From Marsupella aquatica (taxonomy: Eukaryota > Plantae > Marchantiophyta), in NCBI GenBank assembly GCA_973895155.1, contig OZ316897.1:17952457-18016456 (forward strand): DNA of 64,000 nucleotides, in the 5' to 3' direction. Below are positions 39,913 through 53,368 of the stretch, piece by piece. Under the pieces are notes generated by a model that was not told the DNA's origin, did not search any database, and saw nothing but the letters and a program-made list of their open reading frames with translations. Numbering within the stretch: position 1 is the first letter of the stretch; each line of letters begins with the position of its first letter. The position numbers and the translations under genes are program-made.

Positions 39913-42504
39913 GTGACAAAAATAACGTCCAGAGGTGCTATTTTAGATGGGGCTGACGCTCAATTCACTTGCTTTGTTTGGAAAGCCAGTGAGTAAACTT
40001 TTGGGGGCTTTTGGAGATGGACCTCAGAAGAATGCAGTGCTGGGTCTGAGCCTCATGTAAAGTGACCCCAAATCAGGGTTTAGGGTTCTACGATACAATA
40101 CCGGTCATCTTACATCAATGATTGCTCATGATTCTTGCCAGCCATCATGAGCCTACTAGAGTGAAGTCATGTAAAGAGTGACCCTAAGGGCGTAGGGTTT
40201 TAAGATACATTCCCGGTTCTCTGGTTCAATGATTGACTCGTCATTAATGCCACCCATAATGAATTAGAGTCAGCCTGTCAGAGTCTTGTCCTTCCCAACC
40301 TCTGTACTTCTATAGTAGTGACATGGTTCTCGAGATGTGTGATATAGAAAGTTATTTTAAATTTCGCGCAGACTGTCCCGAGGGGCCATGCTAATTTCTC
40401 CCAGCCCAAACATTTCCTGCCCATTTCGCTGACACCAAGCAAAAACATGTGTTGGCTACTGTACTTATTCAACTAAATACAAGTTTTGGGGAGCATTTTG
40501 CCTTATGGTCGTTTTCAGATTGTCAGGTCTGGAATTTCAAACCTAGTGTTAAAACCAATATTAAATACATGTCAAGTCAATGCTATTAGTAAACCAGAAC
40601 ATAAATAAATATGATTTACAAACCAAGTAATTTTAATAATGTTTTGGTCTGGTTGTACAACTGACATAGACTTAACGAGCCATGAATTTAAAATCCAAAG
40701 TCCACAGATTACCAGCACATTTTTATTTATTTTTTTAAATGTTTTTTCCAAAGTCCATAGATTACCAGCACATTTTGCCGTCTGTCACTTGAACTTGTTG
40801 TGGTATGCACCAGAATTGTATAATATTTCCAGGAACATGGTTACTACTGGGGTACTGTATGATTTTTAGTTTGTGGACAGAATCCAGTAACTTTGTGGGT
40901 TAGTTTTCGCAGCTTGTCACTGTTGATTGAGCTACGGCCTCATCAATGTTGTCCTGTATACTGGTCATGGGTATTCCTTAAATATTAGTTTATAGAACAA
41001 AAGCTCTAAACCGATCCCAAAGGCAGAGTGACCCAATAATGGGAGTGAAAAGGAAAATACCACCATGATGAAGTCTCAGCACAGCGAAGACCACCATAAC
41101 TCATTAAATAATAGTGACACTGCTTTACGCATCTCACATGATTCTACACCTACGTGGGAGTGACGTTACACTCTGGGTTCCACCAATTTTCATTGCCATC
41201 TGCCATTAAAGGGTGCTACCAAGTCTGCAAACACTCAGGCACGAGTACTGTATGAACTGTGTACTTGGTAACCACACGTTCTGGTCATGTGAACCTTTGC
41301 CTTACAAATATCGAATCTAATCATGCACATAATGCTTTAAAATTGGCAAAATTGGGATCTCTTCGCCCGAGTGGTCCCTTCAGTCGCCCTAGCCTTGCTG
41401 CTTGGGCTTGGTTTTCCATTTCCAGAAAGAAAACACGAAAGTTGGGTGCTTGAGCGTGAGGACAAGCTTTGCCCATGCTCAATGTGGTCGACAAAAATGT
41501 TGCAGGTGAGACAAAATTGTGAAACAAATACTTAAACTACTGTGTATACCAAGATTGCAGAATATGGTTGGAATCTAAGGGCGAGCTCCTACATTCCCCA
41601 TCACGACATTCCAATCAACCCATCCACCTATTTGAGGGTTATACCTGAAAATCTGCTTGCGACAGGAGTTCCATTGAGTGCCCCCCATGGCCGTTCATCC
41701 AGGCCCCCAAACAGGCACCCTCAAGGCTGGTGCTAAGTGTGCTGCCATGCACGAGCACCATTGGTCATAACTATCTTTGTGGTCTTGAACCTCACCTGTT
41801 TGAGAGCCCAAACGGAACCCGACATGTTTCAGCCACCATCAAAAGACACCCCATAAATTGTTATGAAACCCTTTAAATTTTGGGTATTTGTTTGATGGGA
41901 CCCCAAAATGAAAAGTGTTATTTGATAAGACCTCAGAGGTTTTGGGTGGAATTGAAATGGAAAAGCAAATATTTGATAATCTCACATGAAGCATGAAGCA
42001 TGAGTGCTTTTCCACTTCAATTTTATTTGTGAGTGAACCAAGCCAGGTCCACTGATGGGATGTCAAAATCTACAAATGGTATGCAAGGGTACAACTTTTG
42101 GATGACTGTCAATGGTAGGCGACGTTATAACTTTGATCAGATTTTAAGTGGGCAAAGACTTTAACCACATAGGTCGGCATAGGCCTGGTTTGTTAGTGTT
42201 TATTTTTTCGGTTTAGCTCTATATACACAGTCCCTTCTTATATAAAATACTTAAAGAACAAAATGCTCCAAAACCTAATAAAGGGCGAAAAACAAAGGAA
42301 AAAAACTGTGAAGACAGAACAGTCAACCAAAAGACCCAAGAGTCCCAAACAAAGAACGTCCCTTCTTCCTACGTGTAGACTGCCCATCCTACCTTGCTGA
42401 ATGGTCATTCTCGTGCAATGCCCTAACCCAACATTTTGGTGTTCTATAGTAACCCTCCATCAGAGGACACTTAGCAAAGGGCCAAGAAATTGCTTCTACT
42501 GTAG

Positions 42505-42647
42505 ATCATGGGCGGCATGCCAAGCCTTGCTTATGTAAAAGTCTACGAAGTACATATTTGCCATGTGCAAAATATTAATCATGGGCGGCATGCTCCCAAG
42601 CCTTGCTTCTGTAAAAGTCTACGAAGTACATATTTTCCATGTGCAAA
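42505..42647 (+). repeat. Tandem duplication, 2 x ~73 bp
   Basis: atcatgggcggcatg...gtaaaagtctacgaagtacatattt..catgtgcaaa occurs twice. Confidence 0.9.
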
Positions 42648-43695
42648 CCAAGGTTCAGTGTTTAGTCTTAGTTAAAGTATGGACCAGAGGCAGTATGAAC
42701 TATTAAGAAATAAAAGATTGGGACTTTCCCCATCAGACCCAGTTGCATGGCTTGCAATTTTCCTTGAATTTGTTTTTTAAAGACTCGTTTCTGGTCTCCC
42801 CTTGCGCCGTGCGCGGGGGTATCTCCTTTGTCGGTAATGAATAAAGCTCCCGATTTCCCAAAACAATTATTTTTTAATGAAAAGGTATCTTGATGTAGGC
42901 TCAACTTGTGGGCTCCAAACTGGTCCAGAGTGGATGGAGATAAAATCACCTGAGGGCTCCATTGGGGAGCGTGGAACCCAAATTGCTCCAGTGGACGACG
43001 ATTAATCACTTTCTTGCACGTACATGCTTTTCCCAAAGCAGGAAAAGTGCAGGCAATGAATATGATGCTCCAGCTATGGAAAAACGATAAAACTCTGTTA
43101 TCAGCATGTTCAACATCATGTTGTTTATCGCTTAATGAATTTATTTTATTTTATTTTATTTTAATGTATTATATCTTGCATCTATGCTAAAGGTGTCTAG
43201 GGATGAACTATGGCAAGGAGGGCCGTGTGCTCCTTTTTCATGGAATTTTTTTAGGTCCCATTAAAAAGCCAATAGGCACATCCTCTGCTTGGCATGGGCA
43301 TAGATGAGGCCATTTTAAAAGCATAAGTGCAGGAGTACGTAGCTGACTTTACTTGAGCCTAGCCATGTCACATGGGCATGTTTAGTTTTAAAGGTCAAAT
43401 CCACACCGTAGATTTCTGTTTTTGGTCTGAGTTCACTTGACATGAATTCAGTAGCACAATGTGTGGTTTGGGAAGATCTTGGACAAAATTTGGCTGGCTT
43501 GACCCGTAATACAGATCAGGTCAATCAAGCAACACAAACATACACCATCTCGAAATCCTCATAAAAATTGATCGAGAGGACGTCCCATCCAAATCCGAGC
43601 ACAATTTGCCAATACTGTAGGGTTGCAGCCTTCCATCTCCTTACCATTACTAAATAGTTACCGTTTCGAGAATGTTTTTTCAAGTCCCCGAGTAA

Positions 43696-44697
43696 ACCCT
43701 GAGTTAAATCTACATCAAGTTAATGCTCCCCCACTTTCCCGGGGCGCCGTACACTGCCCGTCCCAATCCCCGATGCTGCTGCCCGCTCCGGCCCAAGTTT
43801 GGCAGAACATAAACCAATACTCTATGATTTAATGCATGCGTTCCGGTCCGATCGACTTTGCGCCATCGACTTCGGGTTTATGTTTTGGCACCCATCACTT
43901 TTTGTCGGCCGCTCCAGCCCGGTCTACTTTGTGTCATCAACTTTTTGAAAATAAGTGTTGCCAAGACATAAACCACAACTCCATAGAGAATAAGTACTTG
44001 GCATAACATAAACCAAGAGTCTAACAATCATGACTCTCAACCAAAGTATTAGGCTCCCCTTGAACACTTAGATTCTATTACAAAATAGGTATGACTCCAT
44101 CGGAAAGAAGTGTTGCCAGAACATAAACCATGACTCAATCAAGAAGAAGCATTTGGAAAAACATCAACCAAGACTCTAGAATCATGACTCTTAACCAAAA
44201 TACTAGGTTGTGCCTAAATGCTTAGACTATCTTACTAAACAAACATCACTCCCTTGGAAAGAAGTGTTGCCAAAACATTAATTACAAGTCCATAGAGGAT
44301 AAGTATTTGGCACAACATAAACCAAGACTCTATAAATCATGACTCTTAACCAAAGTACTAGGCTTGCCTTGAACACTTAGACTCTCTTACAAAGAAAATA
44401 TAACTCTGTTGGAAAGAAAAGTTGCCAGAACATAAACCACGACTCCACAAGGAAGAAGTCGATGACACAAACTTAAGTCGTTCGGGCTGGAGCGAGCGAA
44501 TGTGCCAAAACATAAACCTGTAGTCGATGGCGCAAAGTCGATCGGGCCGGAGCGCATGCGTTAAATCTTAGAGTATTGGTTTATGTTCTGCCAAACTTGG
44601 GCCGAAGCGGGCAGCAGCATCGGGGATTGGGACGGGTTGTGTACGACGCCCCGGGAAAATGGGGAAACATTAACTTGATGTAGATTTAACTCAGAGT
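43696..44697. mobile_element. Foldback/MULE-like non-autonomous DNA element with ~250-bp TIRs and internal ~155-bp tandem repeats
   Basis: The left arm (ctgagttaaatctacatcaagttaatg...) is the reverse complement of the right arm (...cattaacttgatgtagatttaactcag). Internal aagtgttgccagaacataaacc units lie at ~43953, 44108, 44262 and 44418. Flanks cgagtaa / caagtaa are a possible TSD. Confidence 0.88.
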
Positions 44698-44719
44698 CAA
44701 GTAAACATTGACCTGCTAG

Positions 44720-45854
44720 CCCGGTTTGGACTTGTCCGACAAATAGAGGCCTTTGGACTCGACAACCGACAAGTTGTCACCCGGTCCACCCCGGTCCCCG
44801 GTCCGGCTCCCGGCCGGTAATTCCCGGCCCGACTACTTTCCTCCCGGCCTGGCCCGTCGCGACCAGAAAATCCCTTCCCGGCCCGGCCCCGCATCCCACC
44901 CGGTCCCTTCCCCTTCCCGGCCCGGTCCCTTCCCTTCCCGGCCCTGCCCCTTCCCCTTCCCTCCCCCTTCCCCTCCCCCTTCCCAGCCCGGCCCTACCCC
45001 TCCCCTTCCCGGCCTCTTCCCTTCCCCTCCCCCTTCCCGGCCCGGCCCTACCCCTCCCCTTCCCGGCCTCTTCCCTTCCCCTCCCCCTTCTCGGCCCGGC
45101 CCTCCCCCTCCCCCTTCCCGGCCCGGCCCTACCCCTCTCCTTCCCGGCCTCTTCCCTACCCCTCTCCTTCCCGGCCTCTTCCCTACCCCTCTCCTTCCCG
45201 GCCTCTTCCCTTCCCCTCCCCCTTCCCGGCCCGGCCCTACCCCTCCCCTTCCCGGCCTCTTCCCTTCCCCTCCCCCTTCTCGGCCCGGCCCTACCCCTCC
45301 CCTTCCCGGCCTCTTCCCTTCCCCTCCCCCTTCCCGGCCCGGCCCTCCCCCTCCCCCTTCCCGGCCTCTTCCCTACCCCTCTCCTTCCCGGCCTCTTCCC
45401 TTCCCCTCCCCCTTCCCGGCCCGGCCCTACCCCTCCCCTTCCCGGCCTCTTCCCTTCCCCTCCCCCTTCCCGGCCCCTTCCCTTCCCGGCCCTGCCCCTG
45501 CCCATTCCCGGCCCGGCCCTGCCCCTTCCCGGCCCGGCCCCTCCCATTCCCGGCCCCGCATCCCGCCCGGCCCCGCACTCGGCCCGCCCTCACCTAGTGT
45601 TTGTGAGGCCGGGCCGGGTGCGGGGCCGGGCGGGATGCGAGACCGGGCCGACCCGGGTGCCGGACCGAGCCGGGAATGGAAGGGGCCGGGAAGAGTCGGG
45701 GAGGGAATGGGCCGGGCCGGGAAGGGATTGGGCCGGGCCGGGGCCAGACCGGGGCATAAAAAGGAATATGCGACAAATAGGGTCATTTTCGGGCGACAAA
45801 TGACAAGTTATCGTGTCCGACAACACGACAAGTTGTCCGACAGCTCAAACCGGG
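44720..45854. mobile_element. hAT-like non-autonomous element with a C-rich minisatellite core
   Basis: TIR cccggtttg / caaaccggg, flanked by the exact 8-bp direct repeat cctgctag (44712-44719 and 45855-45862). Subterminal (ttgtc)cgacaa motifs; interior cccttcccggcc(c/t) repeats. Confidence 0.75.
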
Positions 45855-46110
45855 CCTGCTAGGTGGCCAAATTGGAAGGCTCCCACATGCATGCATGCAT
45901 ACGAGACAGAAAGCAAATACCACCTGGCGGGCTTGGCACATGCAGCACCAGCACCTGGAGAAAGTAATGGGCTCAGGACAATTGACAACTAAAAAGTTCA
46001 CGTTGATGAAGCTGACGAGTGTAGAAGTTACATCGACGATTTATTGTGATGACTTTAGTCGGCGGAAAGATTCCAAAACCAATCAGCTTTAAATCTTAAT
46101 TCATCAATGG

Positions 46111-46660
46111 TGTTAAAGGGTGTGTTTGGCGCAACTGGCCACTCCTGCGAGTCTACAGCAGAATAACAGACCCTAATAGGATCCAAAAATTGAGAGTACA
46201 GTAAATAAAGACACGGGAGAGATTTTTGTGGTTGTCAAATCCGTGCAAACGAACTATCACTACAAAACAACTGGGTTTCTGAAGTTCCGTGTTTTGTATC
46301 ATATGCGGATGTAGAAGAAGATACAAATATCGGTAAGAAGATCAATATGTTCAAACCTTACTCCTCAATTAAAAATACAATCGCTCGAAGAGACCATGAG
46401 GTCGGGCTCATCTGATATTCCTGGAGGCATGCAGAGCATCGACACGTCACAGTGTGAATCGCGCCCATAACCAGACAAATTCCAGCTACAGCTTGCAGCA
46501 GCTTTCCAGGTGTTTCCATGCACACGGTCACATGTAAAAATTCACCGAACCTCCCTTCCATCACTCGACCACATGCACACCGTAAATATCCTTTCCCACA
46601 TCATCCGCTTTTCCGCTCTCCGCTTTCCGATGGACATGTAGACCTGCCATAGATGTACCA
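46111..46660. mobile_element. Possible solo LTR
   Basis: TG...CA bounded by the 5-bp direct repeat aatgg (46106-46110 and 46661-46665). Internal gacacgggagagatttttgtggt resembles Copia LTR sequence. The terminal inverted repeat is weak. Confidence 0.35.
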
Positions 46661-47430
46661 AATGGCACTTCAAGAGTTCAATCCTTCAAGGATTAGCATT
46701 ACAGTCTACTCTAGCAGACTCTACACAGATCATTCGGTCCAGTCCAGAGTACGCCATTGGCTGATGCCATAGTCTAATCCTTTGCCTATTGTATCTATTT
46801 TAATTTTCCGACTGCTTCACTCATCGCAACATTTTGTGAAGCAAGGATATATAGAGTTATAGACTACATCCAATTGGAGTTTTTCGAGGGTATTGTTCCC
46901 CCACACTCCAACGGCTGTCAGTTTTGTTGTTTCTCAAGATGCGGAAACTAAAAAATCCTTCGAGGAGCACAGTTCAGTCGTGGAGCGCAGGATATCAAAT
47001 ATAAAGCTGCGCTTTGTTTGAGATACTGACGAGCTCCTTGGCCCCACATAGGCAGGCAGCCAGGCACGGCTGTAACTCTACATTGACAAAATAATGATCC
47101 GTTTGACTTAGACCACAAATCACTCACGCGACACCCCTCACATAGACAAAATACTGGTCGGCGTTCGATCATGATCCAGCTTTTCCATTTGCGATTCAGC
47201 ACTGTGCTCACACCACTACACGTCTACACGAGGATATACACGAGGATCAGGTGATCAGATGGGCAATCCAAAAAAAAGCTGCACATTTCTCCGTCTTTCA
47301 ATGTAGGAAATGATCAGTCTACTGTACCGTTGTCAGTGTTTAAACACTGGCAGTGCTATTGCATATTATTTTTCTCCAGTGACTCGCAATTGACTCACTG
47401 TATCCCCTTCTTGTTTGAGGGCATTCAAGA

Positions 47431-48122
47431 GGGTGTCTCAAACCTCCTATTTTGCGCAAATTTTACGTTCTCGGAATGTTGGAGGTAAACAATGTGAAGT
47501 TCCTGAAAAAAAACTAATGACATTAATTTGGTACTATTTCCATAATTTGGGTGCTTGAGGAGTGCACCGGCACCCGCACCAAAAATTGATCGGTGTGCAG
47601 GAGAGTCCATGAGGAATTGTCTCAGGGGTCTCACTATATGGATACCTCCCCATCCCCTGTCACGTTTTTGGGTCTCGGACCCCCGAAAATGTAAGAAATC
47701 AATCCCTATAAAGTTAGAATATTCTTGAAATATTTCAAAAATTTGATCATAAAGACCCTAATGTTCGGGCTAATGTTTTTATAAATCTCAAAATTGAATT
47801 TAAGAGACTCTATTGTTCTTCTGCAAAAATTGTTAAGTCTTCCTTTCAAATCAATAAAACGATCAGGGTTATCTTTCGTTACACGTGATATGCCATTTTT
47901 GTGGAAGTGAAACCCCCGAGAAAATTGTCGGCGCCCTTCCAAAAAATTCAGACTGAATTCAAAGATATGTCAAGTCAACCAGTAGATGGGACTTGTGACC
48001 TGTCTCAAACCCAAAAACCCCCTTAATTAAGTTTGCTCGAAATTCAGTCAGAGTGGTGGAAGGATGAAAGTTTCCCAAAACAGCTCACTAAAAGAAAATG
48101 TGGACAACAGGTTTGAGATGCC
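47431..48122. mobile_element. Tourist/Harbinger-like element related to the 26360 MITE
   Basis: Ends gggtgtctcaaacc ... ggtttgagatgcc. Confidence 0.4.
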
Positions 48123-48689
48123 ATAGTCATGCGTTCCCCATGAAAATAGTAGAGAACCAGACCTAAGAGACAAGAAAATACAGGAACATCACATGAAAAT
48201 ATTTTGCAGCCGTAAGGTAGTTAAATATCCCCACCACTTTCAATGCTAGACTAGTCCAATTTAATGCTTTCTCACTAGAAAGGTTCAAAATGTCCATTTC
48301 CTGAAACACTCACCACCACTTTAAGACTTCCTACGGTTTTTTGCTTTGGAATGGAAAAGGTTGACAACTCCTTTTTGAGAAACCCACTCAAAGGAAGGTG
48401 AAGCTAACGGAAACTACTGTACTTAGCACTTACTTTGCAGCCCACCATGGACTTCCCAATACCTCCTACAATGGCCCTGCCCCAACTTTGGCCTATACCA
48501 CATGACCACCATTTCTAGTGGTGGCAATTGTGTACAAAATGTGACACAGTCGACCAGGCATGTGGACCCTCCATTGTCTCCAGGTTGTCCCCCGGTTTGA
48601 AGTGACGGGCAACTTGCCGAGTTGCCCAGCACATACACTAGGCATTTGCCGGACTAAAATGCCTCTATTTGATGCATATTCGCACTTAT

Positions 48690-49090
48690 TCCCCGGTCCG
48701 GCCTGAACTCTTCCCGGCCTCGTCCCGGACCCTACCGCCCTTCCCTTTTCAGCAACCGGCCCGGCCCGTCCCCGGACCCGGACCCGGACCCGGCCTGCCC
48801 CGGCTAAACTACAGCCGGGGGTGGGAAGGGGCAGGCCGGGTCCGGGTGAGGGGGGAGGGGAGGCCGGGTCCAGGTGAGTGGAGGGCCGCCTGGAGGCTTG
48901 AGCCAGGTCCGGGTGAGAGGGTCTGGGCCAGATTTGGGGCGGGCCAGAGTTTACGCTAATTTAGGGCAACTTTGGCAGTCACAATTAGGGTTATGGACGT
49001 CGGGCCGGGGCCGGGAGTGGACAGCATGAGTGGGGACCAGGGGATGCGGCCGGGGGGTTTACTCGGGCCGGGGCCGGGACAGAGGGCATT
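48690..49090. repeat. GC-rich ccggccc/gggccgg repeat island related to the 44720 element
   Basis: C-rich left part and G-rich right part built from ccgg motifs. Confidence 0.55.
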
Positions 49091-50197
49091 GCCTCCATTG
49101 TTGAAATCTGCTCGCTAATCCTCTGTGTCTGTGTCTCTGTCTCTCTATCCTACCCCGCCCTTGGAGCTTAATGCCAACTGAGTTTTCCTAAAGACTAGCT
49201 TATCCCACAATGACAACAGTGCATTGGCAGAGAACTGCACCCCGCCAACTCCATCACCCTGGAAACAGCACGGCGAAAAACAAATGCATCAACAAAAAAA
49301 CAGATCGATAACCGTTTATGTTTCCGGACTCATCACTCCCAAAACTCCAGTGCAACCTCTGCATTTGAATGCTCAGGGCAAACAAAAGAGGACATCATCG
49401 TCATTCTTTCCTGGAGTCCATCGAGCCTGGGTTTCGGCATTTATGGAGAATTTCAGCATATCTGAATCGACAAACCAGAGCAGTGAAGTAGTCTGGTACA
49501 ATCACAGATTTCAGACGCAAGACTCTCCATGTTCATACCCAAGGAACAACATAAAAGAATATACCTCTGCATTCTAGTGAGGCCCACGTACGCAGCGCCA
49601 GCATCGTCATCGTAATTCCTTCCCGAAGTCCTTCAAGCTGCTCACAGACTTCGACCATAGGTCACAAGAAACTTGACAAATCTGACTCAACAAAACTGGA
49701 CAAATTTTGAGAGAACTTAGATTTTGACGACTGTCATTCGACAAGCTAGAGGGATTTTGGTATACGACAAGCTAGAGAGGGATTTTGGTACTTCGGGAGA
49801 TTCTTTTCGGAAGCGAGACTCTCCAAGCTCCATGTTCATCGACACCCAAGGGAAGAAGAAGAGGAACGTGAGAAGAGGTCGATGACTGACCGAAGGAAAG
49901 GATCGTCGGCCGACGTGAAGTTCGAATCCTGAGAACTTCCGACTTTTTGGTAACGGCTACAAAGCCCTGAAACCACGGGCCCCGGTACGGGTAACCGGTG
50001 GGGGACCCCTTTCCCGGCGAGAGTGCGGTTGGTTTATGCACGGCCGTCCGATGGGCAGATACTGGCTTTTTGCCACTCTCGGGGAACGCGTGTAGAGGAA
50101 GCTACTGTCTGAGTGACTTATTTTATTTAATTAAGGCAATCCCGAGTTTAATCAATGTAGCTTAGCTGGTGCAATTAGGGAGGCCCTGCCCATTGTC

Positions 50198-50635
50198 TGC
50201 CGGGTTGTGCTGTGCCCGGCATATTGGGCCTATTTGGTCTGGCATCCGCCACATCAGCACCCGGACGACCCCGGCCTCCCGGTCCCTCTTGTTAAAAAAT
50301 TACCCGGCCTGGCCCTGCACTCCCGGCCGACACTTCCCCGCATGACTACCCAGGTCTGTCCCCGACATACCCTCCAGGCTCGGTCCCCGCATGACTCCCC
50401 AGCCCGGTCCGGTCCTCGCCCAACCCCCCAATACCTCCCTGCCCCAGCCCGGCCCCACGAGTAAACAGGACCCTTCCTCGACCCCGGCCCGGCCCAACCC
50501 TTCCCCGACAGGGAGGATCCGGGTCGGGCCGGGGAGGGGCTGGGGAATATAGAGGAATATCCGACATATGGGGGGTATTTGGGCCGGCAAATGCCGATAT
50601 GCCGGTGCCCGGCAAGCCGGCACCATGCCCGGCAT
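50198..50635. mobile_element. GC-rich inverted-repeat element related to the 44720 family
   Basis: Ends tgccggg... and ...cccggca; attgtctg lies near both ends; ccgg-rich interior. Confidence 0.5.
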
Positions 50636-51197
50636 GTCAAACCCCAATTGTCTGTGTATGCTTGGCCCTAACATTAGTTAAATATAAACACAAGCACATC
50701 TTAAACCCCGGGTGTCCATATAAAAGGAGAAGAATCCAAATCTTAAACCCCCACTTGTCCATATAAAAGGAGAAGAATTCAAATCTTAAACCCTCATTGT
50801 GGATACAAGGAGAAGAGTCCAAGCCTCTACTCTCTTTCATTTTCTTCTCTTCTCTCATGCCTTTTAGTTCCCCAATTTGAGGAACAGTTAACTATTTATG
50901 GTGAAACCTGGTGGATCCAGGTTTTGTCATGGACAGTGACGGTTTAAAACACAAACCACATGGAGGGGAGGTGGTAGCTCGCTCTAGATGGAGAAGGCAG
51001 GTTGCAGTGTCAAGCCCTGGAGGGAGTGGGGATCATTCATTTCTAGGGATAGACAAGAAACATTGGAAGGGCAGCAAAAGACCCTCGGCAGCAACCTACA
51101 TGATGGCTCATAAGGAGCCTCCAAATTGCCCTACAAGCTGAATATTTATTTATGAGTAAGGACAGGAAAATAAGAAGTTAGTCTCATGTTGCACAAA

Positions 51198-51845
51198 GAA
51201 GATATCGTTGAGAAAACAGATGTTGTTTAGACAAAAGATGTTGTTCAGAAAAAGATGTTGAGAAAACAAATGTCATTTAGAAAAAAGAAGTCATTGAGAA
51301 AATAGCGTTTAGAAAAAAGATGTCATTAGGAAACAAAAATTCGTGTCAGCCAAGATGTCATTGAGAAATAAGATGTCATGTCGGCCAAGAGGTCATTGAG
51401 AAGAAAGATGTCATGTCGGGCAAGAGTTCGTTGAGAAAAAAATATGTTGAGCATAGACGACATTTGCAACGGCAAGCCCATGAACCATCCAACGCACAAT
51501 AGTCGACACAGAGAGATACGTGGTTCACCTCCACATGAGGCTACATTCACGGGAACACAAGAGCTTTATTGCACTCTAGGCCGACCGGCCATACCAAGCA
51601 TCCACAGCACAAGCTCTCCCTATCTCTCAACTAGCTCCATAACAATGAGCCTAAGTTCCACCAGGGTCTGACATCACCCCTGGCTTAATACACAACAGCA
51701 CTACCGTTAACATTAGCTAAATCCTAACCCAAGTTAGCCTAACTATAGTTAGCTCATGAGTCACAAGACTAGAGCAATATCTAACAAAATATCGTTTAGG
51801 AAAGAATGTCGTTGACACCAAGATGTCGTTGAGAAATGAAATGTT
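51198..51845 (+). repeat. Degenerate ~19-bp tandem array (agatgtcgttgagaaaa) interrupted by a solo LTR
   Basis: Units at 51198-51440 resume at 51790-51845. Confidence 0.8.
51445..51786. mobile_element. Solo LTR (Copia-like), 342 bp
   Basis: TGTT...AACA termini with a perfect 5-bp TSD aaata (51440-51444 and 51787-51791). Contains gatacgtggttc...ggctacattcacggg, resembling Copia LTRs. Confidence 0.85.
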
Positions 51846-53368
51846 GTGTCCCCATATTTTGGCCCCAAACCCATGCGTCCTTGTGTGGTAAACCGAGTGG
51901 AAAAGATAGTGGCAAGGCCAAGGCTCGGTGCGGAGTTCAAACCAATGCAAGTAGAGAGCTTTAGTGAAAGGGCAGGGATGGCCAACCTAAAACAGTCCAA
52001 GTTTAGTGTGCCTAGACCCCCGGGTCGCCAGGGCACTCCAAGAGTGGGGCAAGTTGGTGTGAGAGCGAGAGCACGCCGCGAGTTGGGCTAGGCCCGACAC
52101 GCAAACGTTAAGGGCAATAGTTGATTAAACCAACATTTGGACTAATCATGATCTGCCACCATACCAAATTACATTTCATAATGCTTAGTATAAGGTCTGA
52201 GTAGTGAGCATACTATGTTCATCTACACACTATAATAAAGGATCCCGCCCATTTTCGTCCATCGTCGACATACAAAAAAGTTCCTAGGCGGGAAAGAAAC
52301 ACAGCCGTCAGATTACATTCCACATTTTCTGTGACCATTGATGGAGTAAATGGGCCGGCCCTCTTTGCACTGTGCAAAGCACTGGCATTGGGCTCGTATG
52401 CTCATAACAATCTGGAATGTGCAAAAATGTACAATTAGACACCCGCGGGAGGGTCGTGCGAGAGAAGAGGGTTGAGGGTTTATTTAGTGCCTCATTTTTC
52501 TGTTTATCCCTTGTGTATGTTGGCGTTATATTTTGGTCACCCTAAATCCCACACCATATTTGAATGATGAAAGTTTTTGGCGCAACGTTATATTATAGTT
52601 TTTTATTTTTGATCCCTTCCGTTTTTTTGCCTTTATATTTTCGTGACCCTAAACTGCACGCCATATTTGAAAAGACTACCGCGCCATGTTTTGGCGCAAC
52701 GTCGATTTTTAGTTCTCTACGTGAAGGAAGTCTTTACGAATACGAATTTTTGACAAATGAATGTTCATGGCGCGATGGCGCAGTGACTGGCCACGAAGTT
52801 CAAGCTTTTCGAAGCAAAGCAAGGATCGTCGGAACTGGAAAGGAGAGTACTCTGCAGGTTTGGGTGTCGTCGGGAATTGTCGTCGGGAAGAGCTCCTGCT
52901 GCTGCTCCATAATTTTCACCTTCATCTTCAATTTGAGGTCGTCGTCTCACATCGCCGCGCGAAGAGAGAAGGATGACGAGAAAAAGGGTAGATTTGTCGG
53001 AGACACGTACAATCATACACGAGGCGGAGGCGGAGGAGGACGATGAAGGTTGCTTGTACCGAATGGCCCTGCCCGCGCTTTGGAATGTGATAGATTCGTC
53101 ACCGCCCAGGCTAGGGTTTCGATAAGAGTTTTTGGAATCGTGTAGAAGAGCGCAGGGTAGAGTTCCGAGAAGATTGAAGAATTGTTGATTTCGGGAGACG
53201 TGGGAGGGACGCATTTCAGTGGATGGAGTCTGTCGGCGTACTTTCAAAGCAATTTAGTTGAGCAAAAGAAGCCGCCCTGCTTGACTGTCGCTTTCCTTTT
53301 CCTGCCCACGGTGTCGGAGCTACTGTTTCGGGACAAAGAACTCGAGTAATTTTGCCAACTGTTCTGTA

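Noticed and set aside
44753-45862. 369-aa Pro-rich, extensin-like ORF and antisense Gly/Arg-rich ORFs
   Set aside because: Artefact of the C-rich minisatellite inside a TIR/TSD-bounded element. It has no ATG start or signal peptide and is open in many frames.
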